Origin: Lama guanicoe
Taxonomy: Eukaryota
Reading direction: 5' to 3'
Assembly (NCBI GenBank): GCA_013239625.1
Contig: MU053994.1
Location: 1,615,775-1,679,774 of the forward strand
DNA length: 64,000 bases
Position 1 is the first letter of the stretch, and each line of letters begins with the position of its first letter. The notes under the pieces were generated by a model. The model saw only the letters and a program-made list of their open reading frames with translations. It did not search any database and was not told the origin of the DNA. Of the stretch, positions 9,708 through 21,240 are shown in pieces. The position numbers and the translations under genes are program-made.

Positions 9708-10852
9708 AGGGACAGGTTGGTGGGAGGGGCGGGCAGATAAGGGCCCCACTTTGGGGTTCAGTGCATGGTGGAGGTGAAGGCTGGAGTGTTTACAGTGGAG
9801 AGAGAGAAAAAAAAAACAGCCTGTTCAGCTGTGTCAGGGAGTGGAAACATAATTCGAGACAGCTTGGAGGCTGGCCTTCGCTGACCTCACAGCCTTCCCC
9901 CCCCACCCCTGTTCTCCAGTTTGTTACCCGACAACCTTAGCAGTAGCATTTGTGTGCCCGCCACCCCTCTTCCTGGTCTGTAGCTCTTCTGGTCATTATT
10001 TCCTCCAGGAGAAGCTCTCTCCTCCTTCGCTTCCTTCCTCTCTCTGCTCTCACTTCTTTTGGGTGAGGGAGACAGCCCAGCTGGCTTCCTGCTGCAGCCT
10101 GGATCGGGGGGTGTCTCCTGGTCTACCCTGCCACCTACAATGCCTTCACCTGGCATTGTTCAGGGGGCCAGAGGTCACAGGGGAAGAATCTGGGAAATCA
10201 CCAAACGCTATTAATTAGCTTGGAATACACAGGAAGCCCCTGAATGGTGACCACTCAGCATCGAACACCCCGCCGTGGGCCCTCCTGTGCCTGGCATTTC
10301 AGCTCTGCCACCAGACCTGGCCAGCTGAGGCGAAGTGTGGCCCAGCAGTTCCTCTTGAAAGCAAAGAGGGATTTTCGCCCTTCTGCTTTGAGGTTACCCC
10401 TCCCTCCTTCCCTAATGATGGATCCAGAAATTGATGCTCTCTCCCTTTGTTCCACTGCCTTCGCTCCTCCATCTCTTAACTCGCTGGTGCCAATGGCCCC
10501 GCCCACAAGGACCACAATACACTTTCATGCTCTCCACTTGGTTTCTTTAGCCCCCATTGCTTTCCTTCGGTGTAACTGAGCAACAGGAATCTCTGGGGCT
10601 GGGTCATCCTAGAGTAAACGTTCCTCCTGTTTCCTGAAGGAGGCTGCAGAGCAGGAGAGAGAAAAATGGCAGCTCTCCAGCCTGGGCTGGCACATGAGGG
10701 GACTGTGGGGGGCACCTGGGCCTCAACAGGCAGGCCTGCTGACTCACCCCTGGGAGGATGCCTGCAAGAGCAGGGTCTGGGTGGTGCTTCTCTCTAGATC
10801 TTAAGGGTTTTTTCAGTGCCCAACACATAGAGGGACTTACAAATGCAACTTG

Positions 10853-11396
10853 TTCCTCAACAAGTTAAATGTGGAACTCCTGCACGACCCAGCAATTCCA
10901 TGCCTAGGTATAGACCCCAAAGAATTAACAGCAGGGACTCGAATGGATACTTGTACGTGAATGTTCATAGTGGTATTATTCACAGTAGCCAAAGATGGAA
11001 ACAGCCAAAATATCCATCAGGGGATGAATGGGTAAACAAAATGTGGTCTAGCCACATGATGGAATATTACTCAGCCATGAAAAGGAATGAAACTCTGACA
11101 CATGCTACAATGTGGATGAACCTCGAAAACACTCTGTTGAGTGAAAGAAGCTAGACACAAAAAACCACATACTGTCCATTCCATTCATATGAAATGTCCA
11201 GTATAGACAAATCTATAGATAAGTAGTTGCCAAGGGCTAGTGGGGAGAGGGGACTAGGGGAGTGATGGCTGATGGGTCTAGAACTTGGAAAAGTTGTGGA
11301 ACTAGAAAGTGGTGATGGTTGCAGAACATTATGAATTGTATACTTTAAATGGTCAGTTTTCTGACATTTGTATTTAACCGCAATAAGAAAAAAAAA
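10853..11396 (+). mobile_element. L1MB-type LINE-1 3' end (ORF2 C-terminus + 3'UTR + polyA)
   Basis: ORF track RWKQPKYPSGDEWVNKMW..MEYYSAMKRNE..ATMWMNLENTLLSE; TSD aaatgcaacttg (10841-52) / aaatgcatgttg (11394-405); sits in an L2 tail. Confidence 0.92.
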
Positions 11397-11674
11397 TGCA
11401 TGTTGCAATGATGCTGTGCCCCGGTAACCAGGGCCCCAGAGGCTCGGAGTTACCTGCAACTATGGTGACCCACCGAATCTGCACTCGCTTCCCTGAGGCC
11501 ATCTTGCTTGTAGCTCTGAAATCCCCTGAGTTCCGGGCACAGAGGGCTGGATGTTGACTGTCTTTGCACTGGAATCCTGCCTCCTGTCTGTGGGAGCTGG
11601 GGGCAACATACTTACCTTGTCGGAGTTGCGGTTTCCTGCCCTGTGGGTTTGCTGTGGGATTACATGGGATAATA

Positions 11675-12057
11675 AATAATAACACTATCCAGAGCCAGCA
11701 ATTACAGAGCGCTTACTACGTTCCAGGTGCCGTTTCCAGCCACCGCTTCTAGCAGGCACGGGACCGCTCGGGGGTCTTGGAAATATACAGATTTGGATCC
11801 AGCAGGTCTGGGACAGGGCCTGAGACCCTGCATTTCTAATGAGCTCCTGGAGGATGCAGAAGCTGCTGGTCCACAGACCACACTTTGAGTAGCAGGGTTC
11901 TGAACTCCCTGTGTGTGTTAATCCATTTCATCCCCATAACACCCCAGTAAGGGAAGAGCTATTATATCCCCTTGCTACAGACAGAACCAGAGGCGGTTCA
12001 GTGACTCCCCAGGGTCACAAGGTGATAGAACCAGGATTGGAACTCAGGGAAGCCTGG
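11675..12057 (-). mobile_element. MIR (minus) interrupted by a MER5-family element at ~11740-11896
   Basis: gagcgcttactacgttccagg...cagggtcacaaggtgatagaaccaggattggaactcagg; inner ggcctgagaccctgcatttctaat..gaccacactttgagtagca. Confidence 0.75.
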
Positions 12058-14904
12058 TAACAGACCACGGTGGTCACAGAACCCTTTTCTGCTGCAGAGA
12101 TAACGCGGGGAAAGGATTCCGCAGCGGGCCTGCCACGGGGTGACCTTTCAAAAACTGGTAGCTATTGTTGTCCGGAATTACATTAGAAGCCGCTTTGTCC
12201 TTGAGAAATCAGTCATCTTTTCTGATTCCTCGCTAAACCATACTATCTCTAGTGTCCCCCCAGCTCTCATCTAATCTCCAGGCAAGGGACAGCCCTTCCA
12301 GCCAAGAGTTCAGAGCAATCTTCTTTCTCTGGTTTTTGCTTTTCAGTTATTTGTGTGGGACGCCCCAGGGATGGCTTCTCGGCAACCGTGACTCTCATCT
12401 ACAGTACACAAAGCAAAGAGGCCGAGTCTCCTATCCTCTCATTGAACAATAAGCTCCCCACCCTCCCAGGGCCAGGGTGGATGACGTCCCCATTATCTGT
12501 AATGCCCAGAGCCTAATCCCGAGCCTGGCACCAGCACTCAACAAACACCAAGTACCCGTTAGCTACCTCTGTGCCTCTCAAGTCTCAGTTTCCCAATCTG
12601 GAAAATGGAGCCATGAATACCTGCCTAGAATTCTATCCCACAAAATCAGACGGTTGAAGAACAATCCTTTCCCACTGCTCCGTGGATCTATGATTAAACA
12701 CCTACCGGGTGCCTAGAAATCTGGTGCAGACAGAGAAAGAGAGAGAGCCAGCGAGAGCAAGACATCTGAAACAGAACCCTCCTGTCCCCCGTGTGGCAGT
12801 TGGGTGATTTCTCGCAGCAGATGGTTCTAAGGGAACTGGGAATCAAGAGGTGGACTGCACAGCACCGTTGCATGTTGTTAGGTGTTCAGACCAGAGTGTG
12901 GGAGCCCGGGACAGCTCTGTGAGGAAAGGAGGACAGACTTGATCTGGGTCTTGATCAAACTCCAAGAAAATATTTAGATGTACAGAATGGAGGAGATTTC
13001 CCAAGCCAGAGAAATACCAGGAGCTGACAGCTGTCACCCTATCCCCTGGAGGTCCTGTTCGGAGCCTCCCAGAATGCTCTGCTCTGGGAGGGAGCATGAG
13101 GCTGGAAGCCTGGCAGAGAAAGCAGACGGTCGGACCTCTGTGGGCTGGGGGTCCTTGGAATAGGCTTGTGCCGGAGGGGGTGGTCCTGAGGTGGTCGCCT
13201 CCCGCCCGGGCAAAGCCCTGGCAGCCTTCTCAGCTCTGGCTACCCCTCCCCCGCCCAGGCCCTCCGCAGGGACAGCTTCCAGAGGTCTCCCTGAATCCAT
13301 ATGTGGGTTTTGGCTCTTCCTGTTTTTGGCTCTGCTTGGTGGCAGGGGATTTGAGGGGTGGTTGTGTGATTTGTACAGCTGTCATTAGGGTAATTGCACG
13401 ATATTTTCCCAAATTTCTCCTGCAGCTTCAGGCTGGGTTTCCAAACTTCCTGCCCTAACAGGAGCTCTGGTGAGATGGGGGCTGGCTCTGAGCCTTCCCG
13501 GCAGCTGCCGCTGGCACCCAGGGGCAGCCTCACCCCGACTTTTCCCCGGGGAATGGGCACCAGGGCACTAGGGAAGAGGTGGAACGGGGCCCCCTGGATC
13601 AGAAGCATGCTGGCTTCAGATACAAAGCACAAGTGTGGCCATTGCTAATGGTCCCCGGTGCCCCCCCCCCCAATGGAAACAGATAGAAATCAACCCGTGT
13701 CTCTTCTGACAAAGCCAAGATGCCTTCTCAGGACACCAGGATTTGGAAAGGTCTTCACTCTCTTCAAAGAAAGATGACAGACCAAAACCCTACATCCTAC
13801 TTCTCGGAAGTATATCAACCCAGCCCTGATGATATGCAGAGTGAGGGTCTCAAGCTGGCTTAGGTTAGTGCCAGACAGCTGGCACTGAAACAAAGTAGGG
13901 CGCTGTGTGGCCTGGCCCAGGTGGGGAACAGGAGCCTTTCAGCAAGGCGAATTAACGGATGGCAGGATGAATGGATGCTGGGGACAACTTTGGATCTGAC
14001 TGGTGAAGGATTCCTTCCCTCCCTTCCCTCCTGCTTAAGGAGATTTGCCCACCTGCTTTCCACCCAGCCTGACAGGTTAATACTCTGGACTGGTTCCTCT
14101 AACCTAAACACACACACACACACACGATAAGGAAAGCAGCCTCTTTTTTCTGCTTGTGTCTGGGAGCTGGGGTTGAGAAGAGGCTTGGTGCACGGCTCCA
14201 AACCCTTTCAGAAAGTGAAAAAGGGTTGGGGATGATGTTCTCTGGCTGTGGCTTCCTGGACCACCCAGGAAAGATTCTCCACTGCGGGTCCTCTGAGGCT
14301 GGAACAGCCAGGGAGATCGCGGGGCAGATGGGCTGGCTTTAGGCCTCAGGGCTCGTGTTCCTTTTGACCCGCTGGCTAGGGAGTAGGATGCACCGTGGAG
14401 AGCCTCATCACTTAGCATCGCGTCTGCTCCGACATGATGCCTCCGAGTAATGTAATTTATATTTCATGCACAATTGAAGCAGCTAATGGTGTAATTCTCC
14501 AAGGGGGAAACAAGTTGTTATAGTGTTAATTACATTGCAGGCATGTTCCCTCTCCTTTGCCCCCCAAAGTGCTCCAAGGGAAGTTACCAGGTAGCAACTG
14601 AGTGGGTGTCCAAAACAGTGGCTTCAGTGGACTTCACCGATGTCAGGGCTGGGCAGTGGTGGCCGAGGATGCAGTCTTTCTTCTTGCTGAGGACAGGGTC
14701 GGGGAGACGATCAGGTGGAGAAATGGCTTTAAGTGCCTGGTGGTCTGGGTTTCTTTGTCCAGCCTGATAGTGGAGTCCCACTGGGCTGGGGTGCCTCTTT
14801 CTGTTCACCGGGACACTGCTAGGAAGGGGGAAAGTAGCGATGATACATTTAGGAAAGGAGGAAAAACATGATTAAAACAAACCAAACACAGCCTACAGTT
14901 TGGC

Positions 14905-15161
14905 AGAGGCCACCGTATAGTGTTGACCATGTGGCCTCTGAGGGCAGACTGCTGGGATTTGAATCCCAGCTCTGCCACTGGTAAGCTGGGAACCCCCTGG
15001 GAGATTGCTTCGCCTCTTTGTGCCTCAGTGTTCTCAACTGTAGAATGGGAATAATAAATCACCAGCCTCCTAGGGTTGCAGTGAGGATTGAATGAGTCAG
15101 TACAAATGCAGCACTTAGAACCCTAGCACATGGCACGCACTCAGTAAATGTAAGTTACTAT
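14905..15161 (+). mobile_element. MIR SINE, near full length
   Basis: tttgaatcccagctctgccact...tgtgcctcagtgttctcaactgtagaatggg...gtgaggattgaatgag. Confidence 0.9.
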
Positions 15162-15249
15162 GGCAGAAGGGAGTAAATGGAGTTAAACTGCTGTAAGGTT
15201 CTGGCATTTTCTGTAAAGTGGTCGAAACACATATCTTTTTCTATGTTTG

Positions 15250-16842
15250 TGGAAGCCGAATCTACTGAAAAAGAACAAATGTCTTGCTTTTCAAAAAAAA
15301 GGGAGAAATATAGATTTTTGACGAATTATAGAACCATAAAATTGAGAATGATTCCTAGAAAAAAAAGTGTCAACTGTTTTAGAGGCTTTTTTTTTTCTTA
15401 ATTCTTGGCAAAAGGAAGAAAGAAAAGGGGGCAGAGGAAGGAAGGGAGGGAGGGAGGAAAGATGACAGAGAACTAGCATGGATTCATTATATACAAGTCA
15501 GACCAAGTGTACTGTGTATCTTTTTTATAGATAAATCAGAAATAGTCGCCCAGTTGAGCAGGGAAAATTAATACACATAAGGATTCCTGATTTCTGAAAG
15601 CATTTCACAAAATCTCACAGGTTATTCTTACAGAAAATATGGATAAAAGTGGGTCGGCTTATAGTATAGTTTGCTAAATTATAACTGATCAAATAACTTT
15701 GTGTGGATTTAAACTCCACTTCTGTTCCCCATTCTGGTATTAGTTAGTGTAGATTAACTGTAGTAACAAACATCCCCCAAATCTCAGTGGCTCCAGCAAC
15801 AAAATTGCTTACATCACAGCACAATGTAATCAGCAAAGGGGGGCCTTGCCCCATAGAGTCATTTGGACACATGGGTCCCTCCATCTTATGATGCTGCCAT
15901 CTTTAATTTCTGGCCTCCGAGGCTCCTGGAGAAGAGAAAGACAGGAGAATCTTAGGGGGAGATTTTAGCGAGCCAGGACTAGAAATGGTGTATATGATCT
16001 CCACCCACATTCCACCGGCCAGAATTCAGTCATGTGGGACCACCAGACAAGGGGCTGGGAGATGAGGATTAGCCACGTGGCCAGGAGGAAGAGGACAGTA
16101 AGGATGGCAGTGAGTGCTCGCGGCGCCTTGCACAAGGATTGGTACGCGCTCATGTGTCTTCGGGGCGGTCTCAGGTGGCGAGCTGAACTCCGTAGCTAGC
16201 CTTGCACCAAGTAATGTTATTTTTTTTTAGTGATTCAGATGAAGACATAGAAGGTGCCTCATTACCCGTTTTGCATGGAACTCATTCAGGCCAACTCGTG
16301 TAAAGGCAGCTCAGTGGGAGTCTCCAGCAAGAAAGAGCCGTAAGGCCAGATCTCACACTGACTGGCTTATTGCGGGAGTGGAAGAACCCGATACTTCCGT
16401 AGGGGCTGGATTATCACAGAGAACGCCTCCTCTCCCACAGGTGGCAGAAGTTCACGCATCTCCACTTGATGTCCTGTCTTACACGTGACTCGGCCACTCT
16501 CCCGGACTCACCTCACTGTCCTCTCTACTTCCTCTCCTCCCACCAGGCCCCAGTCCTCCAGCGTGTCCTGAGTGGGAGGGAGATGGCACATCTGGTTGGT
16601 TCAGAGTGGTAGTGGTTACGCTCCCTGCTTGCGCCCCAGATAGGCTTTTCAGGACATCCCCTTGCAGGCACTTGGGCGGTGTAGGACTTGGTTGACTTTG
16701 GACAGGAAATGAGGCTTGTTTAGCAGATTTCCAGGTAAAACAAAGCTGGAAATAAAAGCTGTTATGATGGATGCAAAACTAAGCCCAGAAAAGATTTCAC
16801 TGGACTGGAGTGATGAGCTGACGTCAAGAAAATTAAATTATA
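15250..16842 (+). mobile_element. L3/CR1 LINE RT-region fossil in three pieces (~15250-15700, ~16165-16275, ~16726-16842)
   Basis: aattatagaaccata; agcatggattcattatatacaagtca; gatttctgaaagcatttcacaaaatctc; gatgaagacatagaagg; acaaagctgg...aaagatttcactggactggag, colinear with CR1 RT motifs. Confidence 0.65.
15737..16110 (-). mobile_element. MLT1J/K-type MaLR LTR
   Basis: gtagtaacaaacatcccccaaatctcagtggct...cattccaccggccagaattcagtcatgtgg. Confidence 0.7.
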
Positions 16843-17011
16843 TCTGTCAGGGATTCAGCGGGAACAAATCACACACTCAGAAGATTTAATTGAAGAGAGC
16901 GAACAAAGAGGCTATTTACAGGGGGAAGGGGCAGGGTTAAGGGAAGTCACAGTGAACGGTGACACACCCAGGGGCAGCAACAGCTGGATGTTGTGACCTC
17001 TCCTAGGCCTG
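16843..17011 (-). mobile_element. LTR78-like old LTR fragment
   Basis: ctatttacagggggaaggggcagggttaagggaa...cacccaggggcagcaacagc...cctaggcctg; family name from memory. Confidence 0.5.
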
Positions 17012-17168
17012 TGCCATGGACTGCAGGCTTGCATCTCACCAAAATGCATACGTTGGAAACCTAACCCCCAAGGTGATGGTATTAGGAGGTGGGGCCTTTG
17101 AGAGGAGAACAGGCCATGAGGGTGGAGCCCTCATGAATGAAGTTAGTGCCCTCAAAAACAAGACACAG
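17012..17168 (+). mobile_element. MLT1A 5' half
   Basis: gtgatggtattaggaggtggggcctttg...catgagggtggagccctcatgaat. Confidence 0.85.
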
Positions 17169-17272
17169 TAGAGCCAGGGGCCAGGCTATTTGTAAACAGC
17201 TCAGAACATGGCAAGTGTTCCCCAAACTGCCGTTGTTGTCATCGCTGTGATTTGAATGACTCAGGCTGCTGA

Positions 17273-17715
17273 AACTGAGGGTGGGTTCCCCAGAAGCAAG
17301 CGCTGGGACCAAGGATTCATGTCAGAATGACTTTTTAGTAAATGTTCTCAGGAAAACCCAGTAGGGGAGTCAGGGAGCGGGACTGGTGGAGAGAAGGAGC
17401 TGAATGACGGTGTGAAATCAGGCAAAGCCACCTGGAGGGTGACTTTGGGGACAGCAGAGTTCATACCTCAGGGTTGTCCCCATCAGGAGCATGGAGCCGG
17501 AGTGAGGATCCCACCAGTACACACATCCATCAGTTACTGGACAAGGGCCGCCCCAGGGGAACATAAGTTCGCAGGCTTGTTTGCTCTCGTTGTGACAGAC
17601 GAAGCAGCTGCAGGACCCCGAGGGCAGGGCAATCCTCCTGCAAAGGGCAGGGATTGGCAGGGAAAGCCCATAGGTGCTGGTGCACACTGAGATGGAGAAG
17701 GGATGGTCCGCTACA
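17273..17715 (-). mobile_element. ERVL (LTR33/LTR16/LTR67-class) solo LTR
   Basis: gggttccccagaagcaagcgctgggaccaaggattc...cagtaggggagt...gtccgctaca. Confidence 0.6.
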
Positions 17716-18416
17716 CTAACGCAGAAAGAGGTGGCTGGAGGGCAAGGTTGCCAGGGAAACCACACCCACCTCCCTCCAGGCGGCGGCCCCAAGCCCCGGC
17801 GCTCTGGAGCGTGCGAGCTGGAGGAGCCCTGTCCCGGAGGATGCACCTCCTCTCCCATGCTAGTCCAGGTCTCTCCGGTGTAGGTTTATCCTTCGGGACC
17901 ATCCCAGGCTGTTAGCAAGGAAGACTTGCCCATTATGTCCCTAAGAAACCCGGGGGCCTGCAGAAGCTGCTAAGAGCAGGTTGGGCAAGTGTGGGGAAGT
18001 AAGCCCTGAGCCGATTTTTTCTGAAGCCATTTATTTGTCTGTCTCTCATCCTAAGTTTGTGAGGAGATAATACCACTGCCGACCCAGTCCTGAACCCCTT
18101 CCTCTGTCTCCATGTGACCCATCCCCCTGGACCCTGTACAAGTGGCTGTGGTCCTAGAGATGATCAGGTGCCATCAGGACATGTTCAGAACATGACTCCT
18201 CTCCCACCCCCACTTCATGGCTTGACTGAAGTCCTTTGCAGTGGCTTCTGGTTTTAAGAGTTTGCACAGCTTTTGCTCTGGAGTTCCCTCCACTGCAGAG
18301 GTGGGAGGGGAGGTGAAGACCCATCAGGCCCGGAATCCAGGAGCCTGACGTCCCAGGGGTTTTGATCCAGACCGTCAAGATGCCTTCAGCACAGTCCCGG
18401 GGTCCTGAATGATCTG

Positions 18417-18758
18417 CATTATGGATTGAATATTTGTGTTTCCTCCGAATTCATATGTTGATGCCCTGCCCCCCAAGTGTGATGATATTTGGAGGTGGCG
18501 CCTTTGGGAGGTGATTAGGTTTAGAGGGAATTAGCATCCTAATGAGAGGAGGAAGAGGCCAGAGCTCTCCCTGCCCTGTGCAGACACAGTGAGAAGGCAG
18601 CCACCTGCAAGCCAGGAAGGGAGCCCTCACCAGACGCCGAATCTGCCAGCACTTTGATCTTGGACGCCCAGCTTCCAGAATTGTGAAAAATAAATGTCCG
18701 TTGGTTAAGCCACTCAGCCTGTGGCATCTTGTTACGGCAGCCAGAGCTGACTGAGACG
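18417..18758 (+). mobile_element. MLT1A-type MaLR solo LTR
   Basis: tatggattgaatatttgtg...aataaatgtccgttggttaagccactcag...ctgactgagacg; TSD atctg/atgtg. Confidence 0.9.
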
Positions 18759-19136
18759 ATGTGTAAAGTGGGAAAAAGAACTCCTGCTTCCAGGTGCCAT
18801 ATACTGAGGTCACTTGATGCCCCACGGGCTGCCTCAGGCCACACCCAAACTTCATGCCCCACCTCCTTTCCCCGGGGTGGTTGGGGCGGAAATCTCCACA
18901 TCTGCGCAGACTTGACAATGCCCTTTCCCTGTACTTAGCATCTGTAAAGTGCTTGGGACAGCGTTTGGCCCATTGTGAGCGCCATTGGTGGCGGTGCTGT
19001 TGCTGCTGCTGGCGGTGACTGTTCTCCCCATCACAGTGGGTCCAGGAGGTCAGAGGCCAGCTTTGGTGCCCCCATGTAACAGACAGGAGGCCAGGATCCA
19101 GGGGAGTCAGCGGTGTCAGGGCTAGGATTCAACCTC

Positions 19137-19850
19137 CATTCACTCATTCAGTTAACATCGTGTCATTTGGGTGTCAGGCATCATACAGAGTTCTGGGGAT
19201 CCATGTTCTGAACAAAATGGGTATGATCCCTGACCCCGTGGACCTTACAATCTAGTCAGAGAGACAGGCACAACACTTGTACAATTGCAAACTGAAACAG
19301 TTCCTTTGCAGGAAAGGCCCTCAACCTGCACCCAGGTGGAAGGGGGTCATCTCTGTGAGCATAAAACGTGGTGAGAGCTGAAACATGGAAGACAGGGACG
19401 GGCTGAGTGGTTCAAGAATTCTCAGCCTTCAGTGGGCATCAGAGTCCCCTGGGTGGCTGGTTAGAGCTCAGAGTGCTGGACCCCACCCCCAGAGGGTCTG
19501 ATTCAGCAGGTCTGGGGTGGGGCCTGAGCATTTGATTCCTAACAAGGTCCCAGATGAGGTGATGCTGCTGTTCTCAGGACTCCACTATGAGAAGCACTGA
19601 CCTGGCTCAAAGGGGATTGGAGGAGAGTGTTTTGAGCTGAGTGAACAGCATGTGCAAAGGCCCTGGGGTCCAGAAGGCTCTGTGAGGCCAGTGTGGGTGG
19701 AGTCCAGTGGGTACAGGGATGGCAGAGGTGGTAGATGAGTCTGAAGATGTCTAAAGGGGCCAGATTGTGCAGCACAACCACCTCAAGTTTGTTTTTTAGC
19801 CTAAAAGTGATGGGACGCTATTGGGGGCTTAAAAACAGATCAGTGCTATG
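19137..19850 (-). mobile_element. L2 3' end (interrupted by MER5A)
   Basis: cattcactcattca...ccttacaatctagt...gaacagcatgtgcaaaggccctgggg. Confidence 0.75.
19413..19599 (-). mobile_element. MER5A MITE
   Basis: gcatcagagtcccctgg...ctgattcagcaggtctggggtggggcctgag...tgagaagcactg. Confidence 0.85.
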
Positions 19851-20058
19851 GGAAGCCAGTTAGACAGCCTTGGGCTTACAAATGTCCTGATGAGTTTTTT
19901 GTCAACTGCCTGGTTGCTGCTACCAGAAAAATGGACTATGTCCCACACCCCTACTCTTTGCCCACTGAGGAGGAAGCTGTTATTGCTCTTGTTGGCTACA
20001 AGGTGAAGATTTTTCTCAGGGGCTGGGCTTACAGAGAAGACCTGGCCTGTCTCTTTTA

Positions 20059-20090
20059 GTCTCTCTCTCTCTCTCTCTCTTTTTTTTTTT
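20059..20090. repeat. (CT)n followed by poly-T
   Basis: Seen directly. Confidence 0.9.
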
Positions 20091-20307
20091 GCTGTGCTAT
20101 TTGGCATTTATCCCAAAAAGTAGCAAATTTAAGACCAGAGGCTGTAAAATGTGGGCTTTTAAAGACATCCAAACCACTGCAAGAATCAGCACGAGTTGAC
20201 ATTCAGAGTTTATTTCTAAAAATGGAGTGTTTGAGGAGGGATGAAAGTCAGTGTTCCTGATGCTGGGGGATGGGGGTCACTTGCATGTGTTTCTCACCAC
20301 GCGTGGG

Positions 20308-20513
20308 AGGAGACTGGGCATAGCATGATGGTTATGAATGGAGTTCCGGAGCCAGTCTTCCTGGATACAAATCCCAGCTCTGCCACTTACTCATCTGGTC
20401 TCCTGGGGAAACCACCTCTCTGTGCCTCAGCTATCCCCATCTGTAAAGTGGGGATAATAATAGTAACTACCTCATAGGGATGTCCTGGGGATTTGATGAG
20501 TTACTAACATAAG
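20308..20513 (+). mobile_element. MIR SINE
   Basis: caaatcccagctctgccacttact...ctctgtgcctcag...catctgtaaagtggggataataatagt. Confidence 0.9.
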
Positions 20514-20937
20514 GTATGAGACTTTCATATCATCCAGACCCAAATCAAGGGGGTCATACTTGCATCACGTGGGTAGACATCAAAACCCTAAAGTCAAATT
20601 ATTAAAGGAGGCAGGAGGAAAGAAGATGGTCCCCGCAGCAGAGATAATGGCCAGGGCAGCACCAGAAGGCCTTGCTTCTGGAGTGCGCGCTTGTGTGCAC
20701 ATTTCTCCAACCTGCTCAGAGAGCTAAAGCCCCCAGCCAGGAGCCCCGGAGCTAGACGTGGTGAAAATAGGGAGGTGAGGCCACCTGGTCTGACTGCAGC
20801 CCTCGCTCACTGCCAAGGCAGGGAGGCCGGCGGGGCTGAGGGAGATGCTGGGTGAGGAAAAGAAATGCAGTGCTGGGCTCGCTGGTTCCACAGTCCCCCT
20901 AGGACGCATGCTCAGGCTGTGCACTGCCACAAGATCC

Positions 20938-21240
20938 AGGAGAGAAACAGAAAAAAAAAATTGAGAAATTGAGAGAGAGAAGGAGGAAAAGAAAGACAAC
21001 AAGGTGGGGGGGGATAGAAACAGACAGAGAGATGGGGAGAGGGCGAGAGACAGGAAGTAAGAGACACAGAGAGCCAGAGAGACACACAGAGGCCAAGAGA
21101 TTTGGGGACACACGCAGATCGAAGCCGAGACAAACAGAGACTGAAAGGAGAGAGACCCAGAGAGGTGGTGAAAGTGAGAGACACAGCAACAGGAAAAGGA
21201 GAGAGATTCAGAGAAACAGAAGCAGCGGGGAGAGAGCCTG
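20938..21240. repeat. ~300-bp (GA/GACA)-rich low-complexity tract
   Basis: gagagacacagagagccagagagacacacagag... Confidence 0.85.

Noticed and set aside
11608..11617. ATACTTACCT, identical to the U1 snRNA 5' end
   Set aside because: Only 10 nt, inside a MIR fragment, with no further U1 similarity.
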